A stretch of DNA of 64,000 bases from Sedimenticola sp. (lineage in GTDB: Bacteria; Pseudomonadota; Gammaproteobacteria; Chromatiales; Chromatiaceae), in NCBI GenBank assembly GCA_026992075.1, contig JALXAM010000028.1, forward strand, positions 28,289-92,288. Direction: 5' to 3'. This document shows, piece after piece, positions 11,068 through 21,282 of this stretch (position 1 is its first letter; each line of letters begins with the position of its first letter). Under the pieces are notes generated by a model. The model was not told the DNA's origin. It made no database searches and was given only the letters and a program-made list of their open reading frames with translations. The position numbers were made by a program, and so were the translations under genes.

Positions 11068-12341
11068 CCAACCTGCCGGTCGGCAGGGAGTTCCTTCTCC
11101 ACCATCTCCACCAGCCGGTCGATGGCCCCCCGGTTCTCCTCCACGGCACGGCGCCCGTTCTCGCCGATACGGGAACGCTCGCTGGCATCCCCCAGCCACC
11201 GCGAGACCACCTCCGAAAGCGCCTCGGCATCGCGCACCTGCACCGCCGCCTCCCGCTCCAGCAGCAGGGCGGAGATGGCGGGAAAGTTGAAGACATGGGG
11301 ACCGAAGACCACGGGCACGCCCTGGGCCGAGGCCTCCAGCATGTTGTGGCCGCCCCGCTCCACCAGGCTGCCGCCGATGAAGGCCACCTCGGCCGCGCCG
11401 ATGAAGAGCGGCAGTTCGCCCATGGTGTCCCCCAGGAAGACCCGGGTTTCTGCATCGCAGGTGCGCTCCTCGGAGCGCCGCACCAGCGACAGCCCCTCGC
11501 GCCGCACCAGGGCCGCCACCCGGTCGAACCGCTCGGGGTGGCGTGGCACCAGCACCAGCAGCGCATTGGGAACCTTCTCCAGCACCCGCCGGTGGGCGGC
11601 CAGGAGCTGCTCCTCCTCTCCCTCGTGGGTGCTGGCCGCCACCCACACCGGGCGGTCTTCACCGAAAAACCGCTTCATCACCTGGCTGCGTTCCTGCACG
11701 CTGGCCGGCAGCCGCTGGTCGAACTTGATGCTGCCGGTCACCGCCACCCGCGAGGCGCGAACACCCAAAGCGATGAACCGATCGGCATCCGCCTGAGACT
11801 GCGCCGCCACCCGGCCGATGCGGCGGAAGGTGCGGCGGGTGAAGCGCCCCAGGCGGGCGTAACCCCTGGCCGAGCGGGCCGAAAGCCGGCCGTTGGCCAG
11901 CAGGGTGGTGACCCCCTCCTCGGCGCAGAGTTTCAGCAGGTTGGGCCAGATCTCGGTCTCCACCATCACCAGCAGCCGGGGCCGGACCCGTTGGAGGAAA
12001 GGGCACAGGCACCAGCGTAGGTCGTAGGGAAAATAGACATGGAACACCTGCTCACCGAACAGGGTGCCCACCCGCTCCGAGCCGGTGGGAGTGGTGGTGG
12101 TGAGGGTGATGGCCAGCTCGGGATGGGTTTCCCGCAGGTGGCGCACCAGGGGCTCGATGGCCTGCACCTCGCCCACGGAGACGGCGTGGATCCAGACCCC
12201 GCCCGGCGCCGGTCCGCCCTGGAAACGGCCGAAACGCTCGCTCAGCCGCTGGCGGTAGGCCGGCGCCCTGAGACTGCGCCACAGCAGGCGCGCCACCACC
12301 AGGGGCAGGAGCAGGTGAAGCAGGAGCGAGTAGAGTCTCAC
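11064..12341 (-). CDS. waaA: 3-deoxy-D-manno-octulosonic acid (Kdo) transferase
   Basis: WIHAVSVGE, ETEIWPN, TGSIKFD, AASTHEGEE, VPRHPERF, GGHNMLE. Confidence 0.95.
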   Translation of the reverse strand: MRLYSLLLHLLLPLVVARLLWRSLRAPAYRQRLSERFGRFQGGPAPGGVWIHAVSVGEVQAIEPLVRHLRETHPELAITLTTTTPTGSERVGTLFGEQVFHVYFPYDLRWCLCPFLQRVRPRLLVMVETEIWPNLLKLCAEEGVTTLLANGRLSARSARGYARLGRFTRRTFRRIGRVAAQSQADADRFIALGVRASRVAVTGSIKFDQRLPASVQERSQVMKRFFGEDRPVWVAASTHEGEEEQLLAAHRRVLEKVPNALLVLVPRHPERFDRVAALVRREGLSLVRRSEERTCDAETRVFLGDTMGELPLFIGAAEVAFIGGSLVERGGHNMLEASAQGVPVVFGPHVFNFPAISALLLEREAAVQVRDAEALSEVVSRWLGDASERSRIGENGRRAVEENRGAIDRLVEMVEKELPADRQVG

Positions 12342-13111
12342 AGCACGCTTTCCACGATCTCCACGTTCTGGCGCAGGTGGTCGGGGTTGATGGTGCCGAC
12401 GATCATGCTGGAGACCCCCGGCAGCGAGAAAACATGACGCATGGCGGCGCGCACCCCCTCGGCTCCGGGCACATGACCGCTCTGCAGCCCCTTCTTCACC
12501 AGCACCCCCTTGTCGGCGCGGGCCGCCGCCTCGAACACCGGCCGCTCCTCGTCGTACTCCAGGTTGGCGGTGGCCATCACCACGTCCAGCCGGCGCAGCG
12601 CCTCCAGTCCCCCTTCCACCGTCTTGGATGAGATGCCGTGGCTGCGGATCAGCCCCTTCTCCTTGAGCAGCTCCAGGGCGTCCACCACCCCCTCCTCACG
12701 CAGGATGCGCAGGTCGTCACCGTTGGAGTGGATGAGCACGCAGTCGAGGTAGTCGGTGCGCAGCTGCTTCAGGCTCTGCTCCACCGAGGCGAGGGTGTGG
12801 GCGTGGCCGAAATCGAAGCGCGAGCGGCCGTTTTCGAAGATCTCCCCCACTTTGGAGACGATCACCCACTGGTCGCGTGGGCCTGGCAGCAGCTTTCCCA
12901 GCCGCTCCTGGCTGGTGCCGTAGGCGGGGGCGGTGTCGATGAGGTTGATGCCCAGCTCCCGCGCCAGCCACAGCAGGCGCTCCACCGCCTGGTCGTCGGG
13001 AATCTCGAAGCCGGCGGGATATTTGACCTGCTGGTTGCGGCCGATCTTCACCGTGCCCAGGCCCAGCGGGCTCACCTCGATGCCGGTGTCGCCAAGGGGT
13101 CTCAGCTCCAT
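12338..13111 (-). CDS. Aldo/keto reductase
   Basis: SPLGLGTVKIG, GINLIDTAPAYG, SKVGE, TDYLDCVLIH; 4-nt overlap with waaA start. Confidence 0.88.
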   Translation of the reverse strand: MELRPLGDTGIEVSPLGLGTVKIGRNQQVKYPAGFEIPDDQAVERLLWLARELGINLIDTAPAYGTSQERLGKLLPGPRDQWVIVSKVGEIFENGRSRFDFGHAHTLASVEQSLKQLRTDYLDCVLIHSNGDDLRILREEGVVDALELLKEKGLIRSHGISSKTVEGGLEALRRLDVVMATANLEYDEERPVFEAAARADKGVLVKKGLQSGHVPGAEGVRAAMRHVFSLPGVSSMIVGTINPDHLRQNVEIVESVL

Positions 13112-14274
13112 GTGGTCTCCTCCCAGGGTAGTTGCGCCAGGGGCGGCGTTGGCAGGGGCAGGGTTTCGCCGCCGCCCGAGGGGGCGAGATCGCGCAGCGC
13201 CTCGAGCACCGCGTCGGCCAGCCGCGGGACGAAGGCGAGCTTGGTGGGCCAGGCCACCAGCAGGTCGCCCTGCCGGCCAAGAAAGATGTCGTCTGGCCGT
13301 TTCCCGCCCGGCGTGACCACCTCGGCGCGATCGATCCGCAGGGTGGAGAAGCGCAGCCCATCGAGATCGAGCCAGGGCAGCAGCGATGCCAGCTCTCTGC
13401 GCGCCGCCTCGATCTGCGCCTCGCGGCTGCGCCCCACGCCCTTCTCTGACAGCTCGCCGCCCAGGTACCAGACGTTTCCCGAGACCCCTCCCGCCACCGC
13501 TCCTGATCGCTGCGAGCAGGGATAGCTGGTGATGGTCAGCCTCGGGTTGGCGCTGGCGCCCAGGGCGTGGGCGTAGACCGGGGGCAGGGAGCCGCGCACC
13601 ATCACCATCTGCAGGGGCCTGCGCTGCATGGCCGGCTGCGACAGTCCCCGTGCTTCCAGCAGGGCGGCGTTGCCGGCGCCGGCGGCGAAAAGCAGCCGCC
13701 TGGGCCGAAGTGTCAGCCCGCCCACCTTGACCAGCTCCGCTTCGAAGTCGAGCGCCGCCGGATCGTAGTGGCCGCACCAGGGCGCCGCCTGCCGCGCCAG
13801 CTCCCCCATGAGGGAGGCGGTATCCAGCACCGGCTCCTCCAGCCGGTAGAGGGCGCCGCGGAAGGCGGGCTGGTCGAAAGGGGGCGGGAAGGCCTCCCGC
13901 GCCAGAGGCGTGACCCGGCTGCGCATGGCGCGACTGCCGAAGAAGCCGGCGAGGCTGGAGGCCAGATTGCCGCTGCTCCATAGGTACTGGTGGGGCGAGA
14001 GCACGCGCACCCCAGAGAGATCCAGCTCGCCCCCGCCCTCCAGGCAGGCGCGCCAGCGCCCCGGCATCTCGCCGATGGCGCGCGCCGCCGCCGAAAGGCG
14101 TCCACCGAGGGCGTACTTGGTGCCGCCGTGGATGATCCCCTGGCAGGCGATGGACTGCACCCCGCCCAGGGCGCGCGACTCCAGCAGCAGCGCCGAGTAG
14201 CCGGCCGCGCGGGCGCGCAGCAGGCTCCAGAGGCCGGCGATGCCGCCGCCGAAGATGAGCAGGTCGGGTTGCAA
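13102..14274 (-). CDS. FAD-dependent oxidoreductase
   Basis: Rossmann motif IFGGGIAGLW, QGIIHGGTKY, WPTKL; TTG start approximate. Confidence 0.82.
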   Translation of the reverse strand: MQPDLLIFGGGIAGLWSLLRARAAGYSALLLESRALGGVQSIACQGIIHGGTKYALGGRLSAAARAIGEMPGRWRACLEGGGELDLSGVRVLSPHQYLWSSGNLASSLAGFFGSRAMRSRVTPLAREAFPPPFDQPAFRGALYRLEEPVLDTASLMGELARQAAPWCGHYDPAALDFEAELVKVGGLTLRPRRLLFAAGAGNAALLEARGLSQPAMQRRPLQMVMVRGSLPPVYAHALGASANPRLTITSYPCSQRSGAVAGGVSGNVWYLGGELSEKGVGRSREAQIEAARRELASLLPWLDLDGLRFSTLRIDRAEVVTPGGKRPDDIFLGRQGDLLVAWPTKLAFVPRLADAVLEALRDLAPSGGGETLPLPTPPLAQLPWEETTWS

Positions 14275-14323
14275 GAGCGAAGTCAATTTCGTTCCGTCTG
14301 GAGATGTGCCAAAGGCCAGGACC

Positions 14324-14383
14324 GTAGGTCGGGCTTCAGCCCGACACATACCACGCCTGTTGTCGGGCTGAAGCCCGATCTAC
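14324..14383. repeat. Family A REP inverted pair
   Basis: GTAGGTCGGGCTTCAGCCCGACA ... TGTCGGGCTGAAGCCCGATCTAC. Confidence 0.8.
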
Positions 14384-14493
14384 GGGCAAGGTTTTCCATG
14401 TTTGCGGCAAGCCCAAGGTTCACGAAAGTTGGCAGGATGGGGCATCCAGCAACACGATGAGTTCTTCACCGAAAATCCGCCCTTCATCTGACG

Positions 14494-14518
14494 CCGTGCC
14501 CTCTGTGTCCCCTGTGGT
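14494..14518 (-). repeat. ACCACAGAG/CACAGAG short repeat, family D
   Basis: rc ACCACAGGGGACACAGAGGGCACGG; related to 32899-32916 and 62989-63014. Confidence 0.55.
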
Positions 14519-14568
14519 AAAAAAATTCAAGGTGGCCTGTGTCAGCGGGGCCCCCACGCCCTTGGGAT

Positions 14569-15987
14569 TCAACGCTTGATCCGATCCACGATGGCAGTGG
14601 TGGAGATGCCGTCGAGATAGCTGAGCACCTGCACCTCGCCGCCGGCCTCGCGCACGCAGCGGGCGCCGGGGATCTTGTCCGGGTCGTTGTCACCCCCCTT
14701 CACCAGCAGGTCGGGCTTGAGGCGGCAGATGAGCCGTTCGGGGGTCTCCTCCTCGAAGGGCACCACCCAGTCCACGAAGCCCAGCGCCGCCAGCACCCGC
14801 ATGCGGTTCTCCAGCGGGTTCACCGGCCGCCCCTCGCCCTTGAGCCGGCGCACCGTGGCGTCGGCGTTGACGGCGACGATGAGACGGTCGCCCAGCCGGC
14901 TCGCTTCCTCCAGGTAGGTGACATGGCCGGCATGGAGCAGATCGAAACAGCCGTTGGTGAAGACCACCCGCTCGCCCCGGTTGCGCGCGGCGGCCACCAG
15001 CCCCACCAGCGTCTCTTCGTCCACCACGCCGTGCTTGGCCATGCGCTGCTCCGCCAGGCGCTGCTCGATCTCCTCGCGGGTCACCCCGGCGGTGCCCAGC
15101 TTGCCCACCACGATGCCGGCCGCCAGGTTGGCCAGGGCGGTGGCCGCCTCCACCCGCTCGCCCGCCGCCAGGGCGGTCGCCAGGGTGGCGATGACTGTGT
15201 CGCCGGCGCCGGTGACATCGAACACCTCGCGCGCCCGGGTGGGCAGGTGGTGCACCTCGCCATCCCGGCTCACCAGGGTCATGCCCTGCTCGCCACGGGT
15301 CACCAGCAGGTATTCCAGCTCCAGCAGGCGGCAGAGTTCCAGCGCCCGCGCCTCCAGCTCGGTCTCGTCGGCGCAGGGGCCGGCCACCGCCTCGAACTCG
15401 TACAGGTTGGGGGTGAGCAGGGTGGCGCCGGCGTAACGGCTGAAATCCCGCCCCTTGGGGTCCACCAGTACCGGCACGCCGGCCCGGCGGGCGCGCCGGA
15501 TCCATTCGCCAGGGGCGCCCAGGGTGCCCTTGCCGTAGTCGGAGAGCACCACCACGGCGTGGTCGGGAAGCACTGCCTCGAAGCGCGCCAGCAGGTCGGC
15601 GGGGTCGTGGCCGGGAAAGCCGTCCTCGAAGTCGAGGCGGATGAGCTGCTGCTGGCGGCTGATGATACGCAGCTTGGTGATGGTGGGAAAGCGGTCGTCG
15701 CGCAGCAGGCGACAGCTCACCCCAGTATCAGTCAGCTGCTTTTCCAGGTTGTCGGCCGCCTCGTCCTCCCCCACCAGGCCCAGCAGGGTCACGCCGCCGC
15801 CCAGGCGGGCGATGTTGTGGGCCACGTTGCCGGCGCCGCCGGGGCGCCCCTCCTCGTTGCGCACGTGCACCACCGGCACCGGCGCCTCGGGGGAGATCCG
15901 CTCGGTGGCGCCGTGCCAGTAGCGGTCCAGCATCAGGTCGCCGGCCACCAGGACCCTGGCGAGGGAGAAGTCGGGCAGGGCTCTCAC
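14569..15987 (-). CDS. hldE: Bifunctional ADP-heptose synthase (kinase/adenylyltransferase)
   Basis: [53 protein letters not shown]. Confidence 0.96.
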   Translation of the reverse strand: MRALPDFSLARVLVAGDLMLDRYWHGATERISPEAPVPVVHVRNEEGRPGGAGNVAHNIARLGGGVTLLGLVGEDEAADNLEKQLTDTGVSCRLLRDDRFPTITKLRIISRQQQLIRLDFEDGFPGHDPADLLARFEAVLPDHAVVVLSDYGKGTLGAPGEWIRRARRAGVPVLVDPKGRDFSRYAGATLLTPNLYEFEAVAGPCADETELEARALELCRLLELEYLLVTRGEQGMTLVSRDGEVHHLPTRAREVFDVTGAGDTVIATLATALAAGERVEAATALANLAAGIVVGKLGTAGVTREEIEQRLAEQRMAKHGVVDEETLVGLVAAARNRGERVVFTNGCFDLLHAGHVTYLEEASRLGDRLIVAVNADATVRRLKGEGRPVNPLENRMRVLAALGFVDWVVPFEEETPERLICRLKPDLLVKGGDNDPDKIPGARCVREAGGEVQVLSYLDGISTTAIVDRIKR

Positions 15988-15990
15988 GGA

Positions 15991-16842
15991 TCAGAAATGA
16001 ACGGCGATCTCGGCCTGACCTCCATACTCACTGCCGGTACTGCCCAATCCAAGGGTTACGCCGCCCTTCAGGTCCACCTGATCGCCCACCGGCCAGAGCA
16101 GTTCCGGCAGCAGGGTGAACTGGTTGAAATCACTGAGATCTCCCAGATAAGTGAGCTCCACCACTGGGTGCACCGGTCCCCAGGGAGAGAAGATCACCGC
16201 GCCCCGCAGGTCAGCTACCAGAAAAGAGTCCTTGTTGCCACCGGGATAGATGTCGTCGGAATCCCAGTAGTAACGCACCCCCAGGTTGGCCAGCAGATGG
16301 CCGAAACTCTGCTTGCGATCGTACTTGATGCCCCCGTGAAACACGTGACCCGTGTGATTGAACGGGTCATAGCTGTTGCCCGGTTCCGGTTTGGTGGTGT
16401 TCAAGCGTCCTGCCTTGGTTCCACCCCCCAGGAAATAGGAAAAGTTGTAACCCTTGTCTGCGGCAAACGACAATTGGTGCTCGAAGATCAAAGTGGCGAA
16501 ATCATACACTCCTCCGTTGCCTTTGATATCGATACTGGTATCGGGGGGAAATCCCTGATCATCCTTGATCACCGCATCGCCTTCCGTGCGGAAGGGGTAG
16601 GTGAGGCGCAGCTTAAAACGATCCCAGAAAGGCACTGACAGCTCCGCCGTGGTGGTCCAGCCGTTGAACTGATCGGCCTCCTCCAGTTCCACGTCATTGA
16701 AGGCCTCGTACCACAGGCGCGCCTCGATCTCCGAGCCCACTGCGGCGTAACTGGTGCGCATGGGTTCAGGGCCCCCGCCGGCGGTGGCCGCTCCTGCGGT
16801 CACGAGGCCGGCGAGCAGTATCGTGGGTATACATTTCTTCAT
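15991..16842 (-). CDS. Putative outer-membrane beta-barrel protein
   Basis: Signal peptide MKKCIPTILLAG, amphipathic strands, C-terminal BAM-type motif ending AEIAVHF. Confidence 0.65.
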   Translation of the reverse strand: MKKCIPTILLAGLVTAGAATAGGGPEPMRTSYAAVGSEIEARLWYEAFNDVELEEADQFNGWTTTAELSVPFWDRFKLRLTYPFRTEGDAVIKDDQGFPPDTSIDIKGNGGVYDFATLIFEHQLSFAADKGYNFSYFLGGGTKAGRLNTTKPEPGNSYDPFNHTGHVFHGGIKYDRKQSFGHLLANLGVRYYWDSDDIYPGGNKDSFLVADLRGAVIFSPWGPVHPVVELTYLGDLSDFNQFTLLPELLWPVGDQVDLKGGVTLGLGSTGSEYGGQAEIAVHF

Positions 16843-16915
16843 TGGTCCAGGTTCTCCCTGTCGGCTGGCTGGTGCCGGCCATGATACCCGCCCGGCAATC
16901 TGCCAGAAAGCGCTC

Positions 16916-17635
16916 TCATTCCTCTTTTCGCAACACGTAGGTACGCCAGATGGACCAGCCCGGCAACATGTCCACCTTGCCGGCCACGGTGAACCCCGCC
17001 ATCTGGAACTCCGCCTCCACCGTTTCGGAGGAGAGAACGAAACGGTCCTGATAGCCCCGCTGGTACGGCTTTTTGCCAAGCGCCCGCTGACGCTCCAGGC
17101 GGCGCCGGCGCCACCCCTGCCAATAGGAGTCGATCCACAACGAAAGGCAGACGCTCTGCCGGGTGACGCGGTGAAACTCCCGCAATATGCGCAGGCGGTC
17201 CTCTCTGTTGCCGATGTGATGGAAGAGCCGCATGCAGAAGACGTTGTCCACGGATTCGTCCGCCAGGGCGATGCGAAAGGCGGAGTTCTGCAACAGGCCG
17301 AACCGCGACAACAGCTCCGCCGGCTGGAACTGCCGCGCCACCTCCAGCATGCCCGCGCTGTAGTCGGCTGCCAAAAGCCACCGCCCCTCCTGCTCAGCCA
17401 ACAGAGGCCAGAAGCGGCCGGCTCCACACGGCAGGTCAAGAATGGAGCGCGGCGAACCCGCCAGCTCCAGGGCCTTGCGCGCCATGCGCTTCTCCTGCCA
17501 GTCGGAGAGGCGTCGGCCCAGCGACTCCTGGTGTTTGTGGAAATAGCGGCGCGCCTGCTCCGGCGTGTAGAGGGAGGAAAAGTGCAACTCGTGCCCGCCG
17601 GTTTTCTTTTCGGTCTGGTTTTCCTTTTCTGTCAT
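16916..17635 (-). CDS. Class I SAM-dependent methyltransferase
   Basis: Motif I ILDLPCGAGRF, ADYSAGML, ILREFHRV. Confidence 0.85.
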   Translation of the reverse strand: MTEKENQTEKKTGGHELHFSSLYTPEQARRYFHKHQESLGRRLSDWQEKRMARKALELAGSPRSILDLPCGAGRFWPLLAEQEGRWLLAADYSAGMLEVARQFQPAELLSRFGLLQNSAFRIALADESVDNVFCMRLFHHIGNREDRLRILREFHRVTRQSVCLSLWIDSYWQGWRRRRLERQRALGKKPYQRGYQDRFVLSSETVEAEFQMAGFTVAGKVDMLPGWSIWRTYVLRKEE

Positions 17636-17704
17636 GGGTTGTTTCTGCGCCGGAAAATTGGGCAGGTCAGCAGAAAAACGATGTGAACTCTACCCGGTTT
17701 CCGG

Positions 17705-19450
17705 TCACCCGACCTGTCGTCGATAGAGCCGCGCATATTCCCTATTGGTCTCCATGAGCTGCGCATGGGTTCCCGACTCCACCACCCGGCCCTCCCGGAT
17801 CACCAAGATGAGGTCGGCATGCTCGATGGTAGAGAGGCGGTGGGCGATGACCAGCGTGGTGCGGTTCTGCGTGAGGTTTTGCAACGCCTCCTGCACCAGC
17901 CGTTCGGAAGCGGTGTCCAACGCCGAGGTGGCTTCGTCCAGCAGCAGCAGAGGGGCGTCCTTGTAGAGCGCCCGGGCGATGGCGATGCGCTGCCGCTGCC
18001 CGCCGGAGAGACGCACCCCGTCTTCCCCCACGACGGTATCGAATCCCTCCGGCAGCTCCCGGATGAACTCCAGGGCATGGGCCGCCTCGGCTGCCCTCCG
18101 CAGCCGCTCCCGGTCCGGTTCTCCCAGGGTGCCATAGGCGATGTTGGCCGCCACGGTGTCGTTGAACAGCACCGATTCCTGGCCCACGTAGGCGATCCGG
18201 CTGCGCAGGCTCTCCAGGGTGTATTCCCGCAGGTCCACCCCGTCCAGCAGCACCCGGCCGCTGGTGGGCTCGTAGAAGCGGGGCAACAGCGTGGCGATGG
18301 TGGTCTTGCCGCTGCCGGAGGGCCCCACCAGGGCCACCGTCCGGCCCGGTGGCACGGTGAAGCTGATCCCGCGCAGCGCCTCCTGCTCCCCCTGAGCATA
18401 GCGGTAACGCACCGCTTCGAAGCGGATCTCGCCCCGCACCTGCTCCAGCCGGCGCTGGCCGGTGTCCCGTTCCGGCGGTTCATCGATGAGCCCGAAGACG
18501 CTCTCGGCCCCGGCCAGGCCGCTCTGCAGCGGCTGGTTGATGGCGGTGAGCCGCTTGATGGGGGCGAACAGCAGCCCCATGGCGGCAAAGAAGGAGACGA
18601 ACTCCCCCACCGTCATCGGCTCCACGCCCGCCTGTCCAGTGCCCGCATAGATGAGCACGGAGATCATCACCGCACCGATGAACTCCACCACCGGTACCCC
18701 GGTGGCGTCCGCCACCCGGTTCTTGAAGTTATAGCGCCGCACCCAGTTGGCCAGTTTGCCGAAGCGGCGCCGCTCGTACTCCTGGCCGCCATAGACCTTA
18801 ACGATGCGGTGGCCGCGCACCGCCTCTTCCAGGGCGTGGGTCATCTCCCCCATGGTTCTCTGGAGGTTGCGGCTGGTGGTGCGCATGCGGTGGGAGATGA
18901 AGCGCACGAACCCCAGCATCACCGGCAGCAGCAGTGAGACGATGAGGGTGAACTCCCAGTTGAGCCAGAGCATGTAACCCAACAGGCCGACCACGGCGAT
19001 GGAATCCCGTACCAGCACCGTGAGCACCTTGGTGGCGGCGGTGGTCACCTGGGTGACGTCGTAGGTGACCCGATTGATCACGTTGCCGGTGGCGTGGGCG
19101 TCGAAATAGGCGGCGGGCAGGTTCAGCAGCCGCTCGAACATCTGCCGCCGCAGATCCAGCACCACCTTGCCCCCCACCCAGTTGAAGGCCACCCGGCTGA
19201 GGAAATTGGAGGCGCCCCGCACCAGAAAGAGCAGCAGCAGCAGGATGGGGGACCAGAAGAGGTAGTCGGGATCCCGCTCCACGAAGGTGCCGTCCAGCAG
19301 CGGCTTGAGCAGGGAGGGAATGGCCGGCTCGGTGAGCGCCAGCACCACCACGAAGAAGATGCCGGCGACGAACGCCTCCCAGTAGGGCTTCACATAGCGG
19401 AGCAGGCGCATGTAGAGGCCCGCGCTGACCCTGGTGGAGGCCGGTTTCAT
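17705..19450 (-). CDS. msbA: Lipid A export ABC transporter
   Basis: 6 TM + GPSGSGKTT, LSGGQRQRIAIAR, LLLDEATSALD, IAHRLST; LPS context. Confidence 0.92.
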   Translation of the reverse strand: MKPASTRVSAGLYMRLLRYVKPYWEAFVAGIFFVVVLALTEPAIPSLLKPLLDGTFVERDPDYLFWSPILLLLLFLVRGASNFLSRVAFNWVGGKVVLDLRRQMFERLLNLPAAYFDAHATGNVINRVTYDVTQVTTAATKVLTVLVRDSIAVVGLLGYMLWLNWEFTLIVSLLLPVMLGFVRFISHRMRTTSRNLQRTMGEMTHALEEAVRGHRIVKVYGGQEYERRRFGKLANWVRRYNFKNRVADATGVPVVEFIGAVMISVLIYAGTGQAGVEPMTVGEFVSFFAAMGLLFAPIKRLTAINQPLQSGLAGAESVFGLIDEPPERDTGQRRLEQVRGEIRFEAVRYRYAQGEQEALRGISFTVPPGRTVALVGPSGSGKTTIATLLPRFYEPTSGRVLLDGVDLREYTLESLRSRIAYVGQESVLFNDTVAANIAYGTLGEPDRERLRRAAEAAHALEFIRELPEGFDTVVGEDGVRLSGGQRQRIAIARALYKDAPLLLLDEATSALDTASERLVQEALQNLTQNRTTLVIAHRLSTIEHADLILVIREGRVVESGTHAQLMETNREYARLYRRQVG

Positions 19451-20380
19451 CTACTTCACCGGGTAGATCTTGGGGTCGGAGCGGTTGGGGCGGGTGCGGA
19501 AGCGGCGATGGATCCAGAGATACTGCTCCGGCGTCTGACGCACCCACTTTTCCACCAGCCGGTTCACCCGCAGGGTGTCCGCCTCCAGGTCACCGCTGGG
19601 AAAATCCTCCCACGCCGGCTCCAGATGGAGATCGTAGCCGCTGCCGTCGGCGCGACGGACGGCGTGAAATGGCACCACGGCGGCCCCGGTCATGCGGGCC
19701 AGCTTGGCGGTTGCGGCATTGGTGGAGGCGGGAGTTCCAAAGAAGTCCACGAAGACGGCTTCACGGCGGGAGCTGTTCTGGTCTACAGCATACCACACCA
19801 CCTTTCCCGCCTTCAGGGCACGCAACAACCCGCGCACGTCCCGCCGCTCCACCTGCTCCAGCAGCTGGCCGCGCGCCTGGTACACCACCCGCTCCATCAC
19901 CGGGTTGTTGCTTTTCCGGTAGAGCGCCACGAAGGGCACCTGCCGGCCCAGCAGGCGGCCGCTCAGCTCCGGGCTGTTGAAATGGGCCGAAAGCAGCAGC
20001 ACCCCCCGTCCCCGGGCTATGGCCGCCTCCAAGTGTTCCAGGCCATGAATGCGGCCGAAGCCCCCGGGGCGGTCCTCGCAACGGCTGCGCGGCGCCCACC
20101 AGGCGAAGGGCACTTCCAGGAAGGCGATGCCCAGGTTGTCGAACTGGCGGCGCAACAGCTCCTTGCGCCAGGCCGCCTCTTTCTCTGGGAAGCAGAGATC
20201 GATGTTGATGCGGGCGATCTCCCGGCGCCGCGGCACCAGCAAGGCGTACAGCCGCCCCAGTGGCGGTCCCAGACGCAACACCCAGGAGTAGGGCAGCCAG
20301 CCGCACAGCCGCATAAATCCCGCTCCCAGCCAGGTGGGCCAGTAACGGGGATGCCACAGGGGAGCGGGAGGCCGTTTCAC
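19451..20380 (-). CDS. lpxL: Lipid A acyltransferase (LpxL/HtrB family)
   Basis: LWHPRYWPTW, SAHFNSPE (HxxxxE), DQ motif, FVDFFG, PEQYLWIHRRF. Confidence 0.88.
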   Translation of the reverse strand: MKRPPAPLWHPRYWPTWLGAGFMRLCGWLPYSWVLRLGPPLGRLYALLVPRRREIARINIDLCFPEKEAAWRKELLRRQFDNLGIAFLEVPFAWWAPRSRCEDRPGGFGRIHGLEHLEAAIARGRGVLLLSAHFNSPELSGRLLGRQVPFVALYRKSNNPVMERVVYQARGQLLEQVERRDVRGLLRALKAGKVVWYAVDQNSSRREAVFVDFFGTPASTNAATAKLARMTGAAVVPFHAVRRADGSGYDLHLEPAWEDFPSGDLEADTLRVNRLVEKWVRQTPEQYLWIHRRFRTRPNRSDPKIYPVK

Positions 20381-21282
20381 TGCCGGCAGGCCAGCTCTTC
20401 CAGGCAGAGCGCCAGCCCCTGGCGCCAGTGCGGAATGCGCACCCCGAAGGTGCGCCAGGCCTTGTCGCAGTCCAGCACCGACCAGGCCGGCCGTCGTGCC
20501 GGCGTGGGATAGTCCCGGGTGCCGATGGCCTGCACTTCGCAGGGAAGGGCCAGTCCTTCGCGAATGGCCTCCGCGAACTGGTGCCAGCTCGCCTTTCCCG
20601 CCGCGGCGAGATGGTAGATCCCCTCCCGCCCCTGCAGGGAGAAGCCTTCACCCTCCCGGCACCGGGCCAGAATCTGGGCGCTGGCCTCGGCGATCTGACG
20701 GGCCCAGGTGGGGGCGCCGAACTGGTCCGCCACCACGCCGATCCGCGCCCGCTCCTTCATCAGCCGGCGCATGGTGAGCAGAAAATTGCTCCCCCGCGCC
20801 CCGTAGACCCAGGCCAGCCGCAGCACCAGATAGCGGGCGCCGCTGGCCGCCAGCCGCTGCTCCCCCTCCAGCTTGGTATGACCGTACACCGACAGGGGAG
20901 CGGGCTCGTCCTCCTCCCGCCAGGGCCGCCGGCCCTTGCCGGAGAAGACATAGTCGGTGGAGTAGTGGATCACCGGGCAGTCGAGGGCACGCCCCAGCTC
21001 TCCCAGCCAGGCCACCGCGTCGGCGTTCACCCTGCGGGCCAACTCCGGCTCCGACTCGGCGCGGTCCACGGCGGTGTAGGCGGTGGCGTTCACCAGCAGT
21101 TGCGGCTCCACCCTTTTCACCAGCGTCTCCAGCGCCGGGAGATCGGTGATGTCCAGCAGGTGGTCGGCACCCCCGCGCCCGGCGCTCACCACCTCCCCCA
21201 GGGTGGAGAGGGTGCGCCGCAGCTCCCATCCCAATTGGCCCCGGGGGCCGAACAGCAGGATGCGCGGAGGCTGGCCGCTCAA
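20377..21282 (-). CDS. rmlD: dTDP-4-dehydrorhamnose reductase
   Basis: GPRGQLG, NATAYTAVDRAE, STDYVF, YGHTKLEGE, DQFGAPT; TTG start overlaps rmlC stop. Confidence 0.92.
   Translation of the reverse strand: MSGQPPRILLFGPRGQLGWELRRTLSTLGEVVSAGRGGADHLLDITDLPALETLVKRVEPQLLVNATAYTAVDRAESEPELARRVNADAVAWLGELGRALDCPVIHYSTDYVFSGKGRRPWREEDEPAPLSVYGHTKLEGEQRLAASGARYLVLRLAWVYGARGSNFLLTMRRLMKERARIGVVADQFGAPTWARQIAEASAQILARCREGEGFSLQGREGIYHLAAAGKASWHQFAEAIREGLALPCEVQAIGTRDYPTPARRPAWSVLDCDKAWRTFGVRIPHWRQGLALCLEELACRQ

Noticed and set aside
12338-13981. 547-aa ORF apparently extending the aldo/keto reductase
   Set aside because: The upstream part is an off-frame read of the oxidoreductase; the AKR starts at 13111 with an RBS
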